Of a DNA stretch of 64,000 nucleotides, positions 50,117 through 62,450 are shown in pieces. The stretch lies in NCBI GenBank assembly GCA_965153285.1, contig OZ229115.1; one strand, given 5' to 3'. A program made the position numbers and the translations under genes. Source of the stretch: Podarcis tiliguerta (lineage: Eukaryota). Within the stretch, counting starts at the first letter, position 1, and each line of letters opens with the position of its first letter. The notes below the pieces were generated by a model. It did no database searches. It was not told where the DNA came from and saw only the letters and a program-made list of their open reading frames with translations.

Positions 50117-50468
50117 GGGACGCAGGTGGTGCTGTGGGTTAAACCACAGAGCCTAGGACTTGCTGATCAGAAGGTCAGCGGTTTGAATCCCTGCGATGGG
50201 GTGAGCTCCCACTGCTCGGTCCCTGCTCCTGCCAACCTAGCAGTTCGAAAGCACGTCAAAGTGCAAGTAGTTAATAGGTACCGCTCTGGCGGGAAGGTAA
50301 ACGGTGTTTCCGTGCACTGCTCTGGTTTGCCAGAAGTGGCTTAGTTATGCTGGCCACATGACCCAGAAGCTGTATGCCGGCTCCCTCGGCCAATAAAGTG
50401 AGATGAGCGCCGCAGCCCCAGAGTCGGTTACGACTGGACCTAATGGTCAGGGGTCCCTTTACCTTTAC
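50117..50468 (+). mobile_element. Sauria SINE
   Basis: Family consensus, ACCTTT tail. Confidence 0.92.
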
Positions 50469-50959
50469 TAAGACCTCTCAACTCCCAGAATTCTTTGGGG
50501 GAAGCCATGACTGCTTAAAGTGGTCTCCTTGTAATTTCAACTTATGGTAATGGTTGGAGCAAGTTCTTCCTGCTGTTGATTCTCCTCCACGTCCAACTAC
50601 TAAATTTTACCTCTGGCCCTAGTAGCAAAATGGGAGGTTGCGCAAATTTCAAGCGAAAGGAAGGCTTGCCCCTCCCTGTTGGTTTGTGTGTGCGGTTGCT
50701 ATGACGCTATGCTATGAGTGTGAGATACTCTCAATATCCTCATTAGTTGCTGCTATCAAAGAGATTCCACAATGCGCAAGTACTTTGATTTGTCACAGCG
50801 GAACTTGGGTTCAGTTCGCGACAGAGGTGCAATGCTCAGTTATGCAACACAGTGAATTAGTTAGCAGCTTCCTCAACCTCCTCTCACGGCTCTGAATATT
50901 TTTCGCCACAACACCCATGTTATTAGGGCTGCAGCATTTAGCTGATTAATCAATTAGAT

Positions 50960-51439
50960 CAGTCGTTTTCAACCAGTGTGCTGTGGCACCCTGGGGTGCC
51001 TTGAATGGTGGTCAGGGGTGCCGCAGGCAACACTGGCCTCTGTCCCCTTTCCTTCCCTCCCTCCTCTGATGCCCTCTCGCGTCTCTGCCTCCCAAAGGCT
51101 TGCACATCTGTTGGTTGCAGCAGCCCTGGCTACAGGTTCCCCATGCGAATGGTGCCTCTGGAGCTGGCCAGGGTGCTTCGCAGGCCCCTGTGGGTCAGTG
51201 GGAGGAGACACCACTTTATTGGGGTGGGGCTAGGGGCAGCTCAGAGACCAGGGGCTGCCCAGAGGACTCCCAGTGAGAGGGGAGAGGATAGAAGGCTGAG
51301 GTAACACTCCACAAGGGAGCGAGATTATGCCAGCTCTGCAGGAAAGGGGTGACATAACTGGACTCCTGAGCCTCACAGAGGTGCCACAGAAAGAAGTTGG
51401 TCGAGGGAGCCGTGGTCCCAGAAAGGTTGAAAACCTCTG
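50960..51439. mobile_element. hAT (Charlie-like) non-autonomous element
   Basis: CAGTCGTTTTCAACC...GGTTGAAAACCTCTG termini. Confidence 0.7.
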
Positions 51440-51528
51440 GATTAAATGAATGTTTAAGGAGATGTATTCTCTCCAATGTGGCAAAGAAGTGGGAACGGCT
51501 ATACAGACAATGCCTGATGAAACACATA

Positions 51529-51701
51529 CAGTGGTACCTCGGGTTACAGACGCTTCAGGTTACATACGCTTCAGGTTACAGACTCCGCTAACCTAGAAAT
51601 GGTACCTTGGGTTAAGAACTTTGCTTCAGGATGAGAACAGAAATTGTGTTCTCACTGAAGAACTTTGCTTCAGGATGAGAACAGAAATTGTGTTCTCACA
51701 G
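51529..51701 (+). mobile_element. Truncated Tc1/mariner MITE with an internal 44-bp tandem duplication
   Basis: aagaactttgcttcaggatgagaacagaaattgtgttctcac x2. Confidence 0.8.
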
Positions 51702-51790
51702 ATTTGTGGGGGTTCTCAGGTTCGGGGGTGGCGGTTGCAAAGTGCCCTCTGGTGGGTCACGTCTTACAATGGAGGTCACAGCAACAAGTA

Positions 51791-52444
51791 CAGTGGTACC
51801 TTGGTGCTCAAACGCCTTGGTTCCCAAACATCGAAAACCTGGAAGTGTGTGTTCCAGTTTTTGAACGTTTTTCGGAAGCCAAACGTCCGATGTGGCTGCT
51901 GGCTATTGTTTCCGGGATGCATGCACCAAACAGAATGCGCCTTGGTTTTTGAACAGATGCATGCACCTTGGTTTTTGAACATTTCGGAAGTCAAACAGAC
52001 TTCTGGAATGGATTAAGCTTGGCGCTTTTTGTTTTTGAAATTTATTTTGCATTTTTTAGGCTTTTTCAGTTAATTTGTTTTTGTGACTGTGTGGAACCCA
52101 GTTCAGCTACTGATTGATTGTGTGACTGTGGAAATGGATAAAAATCCAAACAATGACTATCATCAGTGCAGGCAAGAAAAAAAAAATAATTTTAATTTTT
52201 ATCATCTGCAATACTGTCTTATTTATTTTATAGTACAGTACATTGATTATTGCTTTCATTTTGTGGATCAATGATCTCTAAAATTCATGTTAAATTGCTG
52301 CTTTAGGGGTTGTTTTTAAAAGTCTGGAACGGATTAATCCGTTTTGCATTACTTTCTATGGGAAAGTGTGCCTTGGTTTTGGAATGCTTTGGTTTAGGAA
52401 CGGTCTTCTGGAACAGATTAAGTTTGAGAACCAAGGTACTACTG
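51791..52444. mobile_element. Tigger-like non-autonomous element
   Basis: TIR CAGT(G/A)GTACCTTGGT, TA TSD. Confidence 0.8.
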
Positions 52445-53965
52445 TATAGTGTTTCCAATCCATTGCTCTTTGTAAAAATCCTGGCATCTGGTGCTCTGAT
52501 CAGCACAGTGAACCATGCAAATGTCCCACAATTTCCAAAAGTGATGCTACATCAGGGGCACAATGGAAAATTTAGATGGTGGGGGCAAGCACTATTTGGA
52601 CCCCTAGCATGGGGGGGGGGGGGAAGGAGGAAGCAAGGAGCCCACTGAGAGCAAGTGTTAGCCCTGGCAATTGCCCGAGGAAACCCAAGTCCTGCTTTCT
52701 GGGCCTGACTTCTCTATCTACAAGGCAGAGTTAAGATGTTCAGTTAAACTCACTGGGTCATTTTCTATTACTAATCTCAGCCAGGTAAGCAAGACCAAGT
52801 ATAAATTGGATTAATTACTGTAGCTTGAGATTTAGCTCAACAGCTCTTAATTTCAACTTCCAAAGGCTACACAAACCAATTTTGTACTCTTAGATTATAA
52901 TGAGGACTCTTTATTCTTTAATCAGTTCATCCAGTATCTCGCTGTCTAATGTAACACTCCTTTGAAGTCTAGAAAGATCTAAAATAATTGAAGAAATGTC
53001 GAACTACTTGACTCTCCTTTTAAATATATATATATAATGGTATTAAACATTAATCAGACTTGTGCATCTCAATTAAACCAATTAAAATTATCACAGAATG
53101 AACTACAGACTGCAATAGGTAGCTTTTAATGTTTGAATACATAATCAACTTTTACCTAATTTCTTTTAAGATGTTTGTTATACAGAACGGAACTAAACCA
53201 ACCTAGCTTGTAACAGTTGAAGATTTCATACCATCAATTCAACGGACTTTTCTTCCTTAGATGTTCAAGACAGGTTATATATGAGTTCAGTTCCCCCCCC
53301 ATAGACTAGTTGAAATCCTTCAGCAAGAAATCTTCCACTTTTCTTTTTTGATGGTGAATAATTGGGTGGGCACAAGATTTTTTTTAAATAAGTAATATAA
53401 ATAGCACAATAAGCATTTGAATCCACTGCTATCAAAGGCTGACCCATGTAGGCAAAGTCCATATAATTACTAATAATTTGTAACAAGTGTTAATTGATAA
53501 ATAGCTCCCTCTGGTAGCTTAATTAAAGCAGTAAGATATCTAGGCAATTTACGACTGGGATTGATCTCAATTAGTCAACAAAAATCTACAAAAGTAGATG
53601 AAGGATATTCAGGCTTTGGGGATTTTTTTCTCTTCTCCGTTCCACTTTTTTCCCTCCCCCAAACCAAGAGGAAGAAATCCACAAGTCTACTAATGTTGAA
53701 CACAGGGATGTATTTACACATTATTTCCTTTCCCATTTCCTCACTCCCTGCCCCCATCTCTTACCTATTTTTCTTCTGTGGATTTGCTCATAGATAGATT
53801 ACAGAACTGTAAAAATGTGTTGTTTTGAAATGGAAAGAGAAGCCTCTCAGCCAAATATACACATAAAAAACACCCACTCCCTAAAAATGAGGGGGGTGGG
53901 AGAACAGAAAACATGTTAAATATGAAGCAAAAGATTATAAATTAGAAGTCTGCTACCAGGGGGGC

Positions 53966-54318
53966 GGGACACGGGTTGCGCTGTGGGTTAAACCACAGAG
54001 CCCAGGGCTCGCCGATCAGAAGGTCTGTGGTTCGAATCCCCGTGATGGGGTGAGCGCCCGTTGCTCGGTCCCTCCTCCTGCCAACATAGCAATTTGAAAG
54101 CACGTCGAAGTGCAAGTAGATAAATAGGTACCGCTCCGGCAGGAAGGTAAACGGCGTTTCCGTGCGCTGCTCTGGTTCGCCAGAAGCGGCTTAGTCATGC
54201 TGCCCACATGACCCGGAAGCTGTACGCTGGCTCCCTCGGCCAATAAAGCAAGATGAGTGCCGCAACCCCAGAGTCGGTCACGACTAGACCTAATGGTCAG
54301 GGGTCCCTTTACCTTTTA
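53966..54318 (+). mobile_element. Sauria SINE
   Basis: Family consensus; flanking taccagggg repeat. Confidence 0.92.
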
Positions 54319-54581
54319 CCAGGGGTAGACATTGGTAATATGGCTCCCTGAGTGAGGACAAGAATTGACCCCCCACTAAATATTTCTTGTTTTCGCCATA
54401 ATTCCTTTGGGTACAGTTGCTTTTAAAATGGACCTTCTCAGTAGGTCCCTGTATAAATACAGGATGATGATGTTGATCATTTGCCCCCTCGGCTCAGTGC
54501 CCTGTGGGGTAGAACTACCCACACCACCCTAAATCTGGCGCTGGTGCTGCTTAATTAAAAGGTAATACAAGAAAAGTGATA

Positions 54582-54830
54582 TAGTGGTACCTTGGTCTTT
54601 GAACGTAATCCGTTCTGAAGACCATTCGAGTTCCAAAACATTGGAAAACCGAAAACTCAAAACGGAAGCCTCAATATGGAATATCAATATGGAAAACTCA
54701 ATACGGAAGCCGCGTGGCATGTTCGACTTCCGAAAAGTGTTCAGAACCCGAAGTATTTACTTTTGGGTTTACAGCGTTCGAGTTCCAAACCGTTCATCAA
54801 CGGAGATGTTTGAAAACCGAGGTACCACTG
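54582..54830. mobile_element. Tc1/mariner-type MITE
   Basis: AGTGGTACCTTGGT...ACCGAGGTACCACTG, TA TSD. Confidence 0.8.
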
Positions 54831-56750
54831 TATTAGGAGGAATAGCTAAATAGGTATGGAAAGGAACCTATAAATGTTTTTTTTAAAAAAAATGAAAACC
54901 AAAACAAAACCCACACACCATAAAAATAAAGCCAGTTCCACTTTAGCAGGATTGGTTGCTTTTTCTCATTTTAACTGAGAGCAGGAAAGAAAATCTAAGA
55001 ATGCAATAAATGGTCTCCATGGAATATAATTATAAAACATCTAAAAGTTACACCACAGACGAGTGGCTTGTGGTTGCCGAAACATTAATTAACGACTTTG
55101 TTTGCAAATAAAGCTGGGAGATATACTTGCTGGAATTGCTGATAAACACAAGGGTGTAAATGATGACTATTTGGGTTTCTTCTGTTTCGGGAGAAAGTAC
55201 CCTCTAACAATATAGCACATATCAGATAGGTCAGACAATAGGGCAGGTGCTGTTTCCTAAAGCAGAGACCATATTTCTATTTCTATTTACATGACCAGGA
55301 GACATTTTGATGCACCTCCCCAAATGCAAATCAAATCGAGGAAACTGCACTGGCCGGTCTGCCTTTAGAACCTCAAGTGGTGGTGAACCTCATTTGAGAG
55401 GAGGAATTTGGGGGCCACTAGGGGCGCATCGGAAGATGGCTGACAATAACAATTGATACGATATTTCTCCCCTCCCAATGTAGTGATTATTTAATATTTC
55501 AAAGAGCTATCTTCAAGATTTCACCTTGGGATCTCAATGGGATCACATTTTTTTAAAAAAATTGTACATAGATGTCTGCCTTAGAATTGTACATACATGT
55601 CTGCCTTATTGGGTTTTATTTAGTGTTGCCACAGTTCAGAAAGGAAATTCTGGATGTATGGCAACCCTAGATAATTGGGTCTTCTTGGAATAAAATATAA
55701 CAGAATAAACAACACTTGAAACTGTAATATCAGTTACTTCAGGCATTCCTTTAGAAAGTTATTCAATTAAAAGTTATCTGAAAAGCTAGTCAGGCTTTTC
55801 TTTTAAAAATGTGTTCCAAAACCAAAGTGATAGCCTGATATTGCATGATAGCATTAACGCTTTGAAAGAATTCTTGTTAGAATTTGGGATGAGATAAAAA
55901 AATTGAAAATTTAGATTTAAGCTTAGTCTTGATCATTCAACAAGTGCACAAAATACTAAGAAAATTGGACGACGTGAGGTAAAAAAGTTTGATCACTTGA
56001 TATGGAATTACTCATTTGTTAATGATTGAGGATAGCTTGATGGCTGCAAATTTCTGTGGGTTTAGCCATTCTGCCTTATAAAAAAAAATGCAGTACACCT
56101 TGGATAATGTTGTCCCAGTGAAGATCCAAAATAGTTAAAATGCTGCCTTTGAGCAGTTTGCAGTAGTGCAGGACTAAGATTGCTAGCCGACAATGTACTT
56201 TACTAACTAGACTCGTGCCTCTCTTTGTGACACATGGATGGCCTAAAAATGAAGAAAAGCACATTCTACCAAATGAGAGAGGTCCACTGTCTGGTTGTCT
56301 GGAGGCATTTCTTATTAAATGTTGGTGATAGGCTGTACTGCAGCTTAGGTAAAAATAACACCCTTTTGAGTTTCACAGAATACCTCACCAGTCAGAATGA
56401 AAAGATGACTGGGGAGCCTCCGGTCCAGTGACCAAATGAGACTCTCTCCTCACTGGTCCTGCTCTGGATGTTTTTTTACCTGGCTGCAATGTATTTCTGA
56501 ACTCCGATAAGGTAGGGTTTCCATGTTTCAGAAAGTAAAAACCAGGTTACCCCCTAAGTTGTTGAGCTTTTTTAGGAAATCCCCAAAGTTTTTGAGCTTT
56601 TTTAAAGACAACCCTCCCTCAAAAACATGGGCGTATGGCAGCCCTAGATAATGTTTCTTGTGTGCTTGGATGGACGACAGAGAGGGGTCTTGGATTGTGT
56701 GCAGAAACTAGTGGATCTAAAGTGGAACGGAAGCTTCAGTGCTTCCTATG

Positions 56751-56948
56751 TTATTGTTGTTTAGTCGTTTAGTCATGTCCGACTCTTTGTGACCCCATGG
56801 AGCAGAGCACGCCAGGCACTCCTGTCTTCCACTGCCTCCTGCAATTTGGTCAAACTAATGTTGGTAACTTTGAGAACATCTCGTCCTCTGTTGTCCCCTT
56901 CTCCTTGTGCGCTCAATCTTCCCAACATCAGGGTCTTTTCCAGGGAGC
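56751..56948 (-). mobile_element. RTE-BovB 3' fragment
   Basis: Same sequence as 342-698, (AAC)n tail. Confidence 0.85.
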
Positions 56949-57500
56949 AACCCCTTGAAATTAATGAACCTGTGTCTGTTAGCTATGTCTGTTAACTTCA
57001 ATGGGTCTGCTTTGAGTAGAATGAGCACTGGATACAACCCAAAAAGGAATTGGTGCAATACTTGGGTTGGGAAGTGGGAAATGCTTCTCTCTAGCTCCCC
57101 TGTGTGTGTTTATTAAAATAAATTCACACTAAAATAGGCACATTGAGTGTATGTGTTTATGAAGCACCGAAATGAGGGGCAATGCCAAGGAGAGCATGCA
57201 AAGATAGAATATGATTGGTTTCCATCCTTAAACAGCCCAAATCATATAAACACACCTTCTTCTTCACCTTTGGGCAGGTAACACCTCAGCACACCAGTCC
57301 CCCTGTTTGCAGTCGTGCATTTATGGTTCATGGAGCCCTGCAATAGCCCTCTAGGGGACCTGTTCATTCCCCTAAAGAATTGTGACTGTGCCCAAAAATA
57401 TGATGGAGTTTAATGAGTAATAATGTATGGGACAGGAGAGAGAGAGAATGACTTTGAGATTTTTTTAAAAAATAATCATTTTTATTAAATCTTCCAAATT

Positions 57501-57769
57501 ATTGTTGTTGTTTAGTCATTTAGTCGTGTCCGACTCTTTGTGACTCCATGGACCAGAGCACGCCAGACACTTCTGTCTTCCACTGCCTCCCGCAGTTTGG
57601 TCAGACTCATGTTGGTAGCTTCGAGAACACTGTCCAACCATCTCGTCCTCTGCCGTCCCCTTCTCCTTGTGCCCTCCATCTTTCCCAGCATCAGGGTCTT
57701 TTCCAGGGAGTCTTCTCTTCTCACGAGGTGGCCAAAATATTGGAGCCTAAGTGTCGGGATCTGTCCAAC
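57501..57769 (-). mobile_element. RTE-BovB 3' fragment nested in an L1-like 3' UTR
   Basis: Peptide LRLQYFGHLVRREDSLEKTLMLGKMEG...WRALVHGVTKSRTRLND. Confidence 0.9.
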
Positions 57770-58260
57770 CATATATATCTTTTTTGTTTGTTACACATTT
57801 GCTTCTAGACTTCCCATCCCTCCTTCCTTGATGTTTTCTCCCCCCTCAATGCTTCATTAAAACACATCTACCTTTATATTCTAAGCCCCCAAAGTCCATT
57901 CTCTACATTCTTCCATTGTTCATATCTCAAATCCTGCACGTGACTTCATATAAGAATGATAGTTCAATAGGCAATCCACAGATGGCCTCAATTTTTCTGT
58001 GAAAATACCATCATTTTGTCCTCTTATTTTAGCAGTCAGTTTTGCCATTTCTGTATAGTCCATCAGTTTTATAAGCCATTCTTCCTTAGTTGGAGTCTCG
58101 TCATCTTTCCATGTCTGTGTATATAAAGTTCTAGCTGCAGTTGCTGCATACATAAAAAGCTTAGTTGGCTTTTGGGGAATCTCTGTCCCTATTACCCCTA
58201 ATGAAAAGGCTTCGGGTTTTTCTTGGGAATGGTCCATTTAAACATCTTGTTCAATTCATT
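57770..58260 (-). mobile_element. L1/Tx1-like LINE ORF2 C-terminal fragment
   Basis: KPEAFSLG...LFMYAATAARTLYTQTWK...PTKEEWLIKLMDYTEMAKLT; related remnant at ~59770-60005. Confidence 0.75.
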
Positions 58261-59525
58261 GTATTTTTGGGGAAAACTTTTTTAAAGAAGCTTGACAGTT
58301 CAATTCGTAAGGCTAAGCCCTGGCTGCACAGAGTGTCCCCCACAGACCATAAATCCACCACTTTAAAAAATGGAAGTAATGAATAGATTTTAATTTTTTA
58401 AAAAATGAGAACCCAGCTAAATGGGTAGATAGTGGAATAATCCTACAAAACGTTGTCAGTTGAAATGACTGTTTCCGTACTTTTTGAAGCCTCTCTGTGC
58501 CGGTGGTGCTATCAGTCAACTCCTTCCCCCCTAGTAAATTCCTGCCACACATACCGTAGGACTCTTTCATCACCACCTTGCTCTCGGTAGGTATTCCTTT
58601 AAAGCAGAGGCTGGCTCATCTTTTACTAAAATAATATCTTCTTGGAGTTGCTCCCCTCCCTTGCCATCTTTGGGTTGTGCTGTTGGCTTCTCTTGTTTTA
58701 AGTCGAGTTCAGTCGGACTGGCAGGAAAAATCGTAAACGAAAAGGCATTTGCAATTCAATACGTGCAAGTTCAATTCTTTGAGGACGTTATTGTGATACT
58801 TGTCTTTCTTCAAACGATCCTTATTTATTTTTTTCTGAGCAACTTCCTTCTAACTCGGCGAGTGTTAATACCACTGCTCTTTCCCGGTGGGCTAATTCCT
58901 GCTATTTTCACCGACTGTCTACGTTGTGGTGAAACACCCATTTTATACCGAGATGTGTAGGACGAGGCAACAAACTGGGGGATTCCACACAATTCTGCCC
59001 AAATTCACTGAGCAGGTAGAAACTGCCTGTCACAAAACTTTCAATTGGTCTGGCCGGCAGGCCCTGTCTGATATCTCCTCAGCAACAGATCTTGACTCCT
59101 TTCTGTTCCTACTAGCTACAATGGCCATGTTATACTCTGCTGCTGGAGGCAATAGGCTTCTGAATACCTCTTGCTGGATACTGCCAGGTGGCAGGGAGGG
59201 AGGACTCCTCTTGCACTCAGGTTCTGCTGGGGTGTGTGTGTGCTTCCCATAGGGGCATCTGAGAAGACCCTTCACTAGATGAACCACTGGCCTGATTCAG
59301 TATATTCATCCCATAGTCCATAGTTAATGTTACGCTTGTCAGAGGGCTGCTGTCGAAACCGTACCAAATACTCTCAATCTGCAGAAAGACTCATTGTGAG
59401 ATGTGACACCACTGTAGGACTGGATTCCTCATCCCTGCTAAGAACATCCAATGACCCAAGTGCATTTTCTCTGTTAATTCAATTCTATTAACTCTCTGAT
59501 AAAACCATGGCCCAACGTTTAACTA

Positions 59526-59733
59526 CAGTGGTACCTCTGGTCATGAACTTAATTCGTTCCGGAAGTCCGTTCTTAACCTGAAACTGTTCTTAATCTGAGG
59601 TATCACTTTACCTAATGGGGCTGCCGCTGCGCAATTTCTGTTCTCATCCTGGGGCAGAGTTCTTAACCTGAGGTACTACTTCTGGGTTAGCAGAGTCTGT
59701 AACCTGAGGTGTTTGTAACCTGAAGTACCACTG
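59526..59733 (-). mobile_element. Tc1/mariner MITE
   Basis: Same family as 3583 and 39471; TA TSD. Confidence 0.85.
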
Positions 59734-60489
59734 TACAAGCGTCATTCCAATCCTACTAAGAATTTTATTTGTTTACAATGATTTTTTTTTTGTAGGTAAA
59801 TTATATATTTCCCCCATTCCTTATTGAAATTTTGGTTTTCCTGTGTCCTAATTCTTCCAGGCCGTTTTGCTATGTCTGCATAGTCCATCAGTTCAATCTG
59901 CCATTCTTCTCTGGTAGGGACCGTGCCTTCTTTCCATCTCTGGGCTAATAGGGTCTAGGCTGCAATAGTCACATACATGAAAAGTCTCTTCTGATTACTT
60001 GGAATTTTGTCATGTGATCAGTTAGGTGGGGCAGGGCTTACCTGCCCCCCCTCCTCATATTTTATTCAAGTTGGCACCCCTTCCCGGGACATGCAAAGGA
60101 CAAGATGGTGCTCTTCCATTTCTGGAGATGAGATAGCATCATCCATTGCACCTGAGTCTAGTTTAGGGGGTGCAGGGCAATCCATGTAGCACTACACACG
60201 GCCCCGTCCTCCTACACCTCACTGATGCTCCCCATCACCTGACTACACCTAACGATAGAGCTGGCCCTTGGTGAATCTTCTACATGATATTGGTAAAAGG
60301 ATACAGACATGACACAAGGATGCTATTTTTGGGTTGCCGCCCTGCGCTTTGTAGTTCTGAGCTAGGCTTAATTTTACTTGTTACACTTCTTTTCCACCAA
60401 CATGGAATTTGTGGTGGCCAACTTGGGTTTCCCAAGTGGTCCCTCCTCTAGGTATTGATTACACCCAGCAGTATAAGATTAGGAAGAGT

Positions 60490-60597
60490 TTAGGAGAGCA
60501 TGGGACTCTTAATCTCAAGGTTGTGGGTTCGAGCCCCACGTTGGGCAAAAGATTCCTGCATTGCTGGGGGCTGGACCAGATGATTCCCGTGGTCCTT
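60490..60597 (+). mobile_element. tRNA-Lys(CTT)-derived SINE fragment with a CR1-type 3' part
   Basis: agagcatgggactCTTaatctcaaggttgtgggttcgagccccacgttgggc followed by ...ctggaccagatga...ggtcc. Confidence 0.7.
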
Positions 60598-61339
60598 TAG
60601 TTGGCATTTGCTGGTCAAGAACGTAACATGAGTTTAAATATTTCTGAGAGTTTCAGGTTTTGGATTTGTTTGGGTTTTTATTTTATTTTTTGCAGATTGT
60701 TACCTGCCCTAAGCCTTTGGGTTGGGGTAGGTTACAAATCAAACAAGCCCACAAATAAATGCAAAATAAATTAATAATTATAATCTTGCTCCTGGGGCAT
60801 GGAGGACTCCCTCTGGGCTTGGCAGCAGGCAGTTCATTGTAATTGTAAATTTGTCCTTTTCATCTAATTCTGTGTAAAGAGCAACTTTTGCCCGCAGGGC
60901 AGCCTTGTAAGAGAAAAATACTTATCTAAAAAGCTGTTTACTTGGCTTGTGATTTTTCTCTAATCCCTTTGTTATTATTTAAAGTATTTGTATAGGGATA
61001 AGAAAGAGCCTTGCCTTCAGTTTCATCCTGATTCTTTTCTGTGTTTGATCGCAATGTGGAGCTGGAATACTCCATTTAGATTTGGCACCTTCTCAGTGTT
61101 TGGTTGAGTCAGGAGAGCCTCAGCACTAGGTGACTGAGGAGCCCCAGAGAAAGACAGACAGCATCCCAAATTGTTGAGATGAAACCTTTTATTGGGCTGA
61201 ATCTACATTATTGTGCACACAAGCTCACATGGCATTAAGTACCATTTTTAGTGTGACTTGCTTGTAAACATGCACCAGACTGGGCTGTAATTGTGTCAAG
61301 TGAGTAGGATACTGGCATGCTAGAAGAAATATGGCTTAG

Positions 61340-61340
<1 letters not shown>

Positions 61341-61379
<39 letters not shown>

Positions 61380-61590
61380 GTTGTACCCTGCCCACCTGAC
61401 TGGGTTGCCCCAGCCACTTTGGGTGGCTTCCAACATATATAAAAACATAGCAAAACATTAAACCTTAAAAAGCTTCCCTATGCAGGGCTGCCTTCAGATG
61501 TTTCCTAAATGTTATATAATTACTCAGCTCCTTAACATCTGATGGGAGGGCATTCCACAGGGTGGGTGCCACTACCGAGAAGGTCACCAA
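61341..61590 (-). mobile_element. L2/CR1-clade LINE 3' end with (TTA)n tail
   Basis: Peptide FSVVAPTLWNALPSDVK...FRKHLKAALHREAF; similar remnants near 23960-24075 and 41515-41770. Confidence 0.75.
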
Positions 61591-62180
61591 ACAGGAATGA
61601 ACAGGGATTATGTTTCTCAATTGCTCTGGTAGCCAACCTTCCTTTTCATTCATCTCATTCGTACCTGGAAGTCACATGATCACCACTGTCACACCCCACC
61701 ATCGACTACTGGTCCTTTCCTAGCCTTCTCCATGATGCAACAGCTTTTAAAAATATATACATAAGCAGTACTATTTTTCTAGAATCAGAGGTGCTGGAAC
61801 TCACCATGAACACCTCTCTTGTTCTCTTAGAATGACAATGGCGCCCATTTGAGAGGTGCTGGAAATGAGTTCTGGCTGGGGGAAAAAACCCCATGTATAT
61901 ATGCAAGGTGTTTATTGTGGTGGGGAATCATTAAAACAGGGAAACTTTCAGTTCATTTTAAGTTCTATCCCACTTGAGAGCTGTGATAATGAAGAGAGGG
62001 TCTCTTAGACCAATAAATAAAAACAAATTACCCCCCATCCCACCCTGTTTGAAGTGCTGTAGCCTAAGTATGTTTTACCATGTGGTGAGCTTTCTTTCTA
62101 GATTGGACCTGACTATGTGGAGTAAAGGTGAGGAGCTATCTGTATGCTCACAGACACTTCTCTTTGTTTCATATTTCACC

Positions 62181-62450
62181 TGATATTATGGGGTGGTGGG
62201 AAGAGCCAGCTCGGGAACCCCCCGAAGGAACCCCAAAGGGAAGAAGGCTCAGAGCTCAGGGACTGGTGGTGGGATGACTATGAGTGGTCAGAGAGAGAAG
62301 CAGGAGAAGACTGGGAGGAGGAGGTCTCAGAAGCTGAACAGGCAACAGGGTTTAGTGAGCAGGAAGAGGCTGTGGCAGACAGCAGTCCAGAATTAGAGGC
62401 AGAAGCTGAAACAGGGGAGGATATCAACACTCAACAGGAAGATTCTCCCT
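62181..62450 (+). mobile_element. Probable Gypsy-type LTR fragment (GA-rich)
   Basis: Purine-rich gactggtgg...gagtggtcagag...gactgggaggaggaggtctcagaagctgaa style resembling squamate LTR repeats; no splice context. Confidence 0.4.

Noticed and set aside
55414-55427. CTCF-like GCCACTAGGGGCGC
   Set aside because: One base short of the core spacing, so not counted as a strong site
60490-60560. Functional tRNA-Lys gene (and tRNA-Ile at 46200-46275)
   Set aside because: 5' acceptor/D-arm degraded or mismatched, no poly-T terminator, and followed by a CR1-type tail; these are SINE heads
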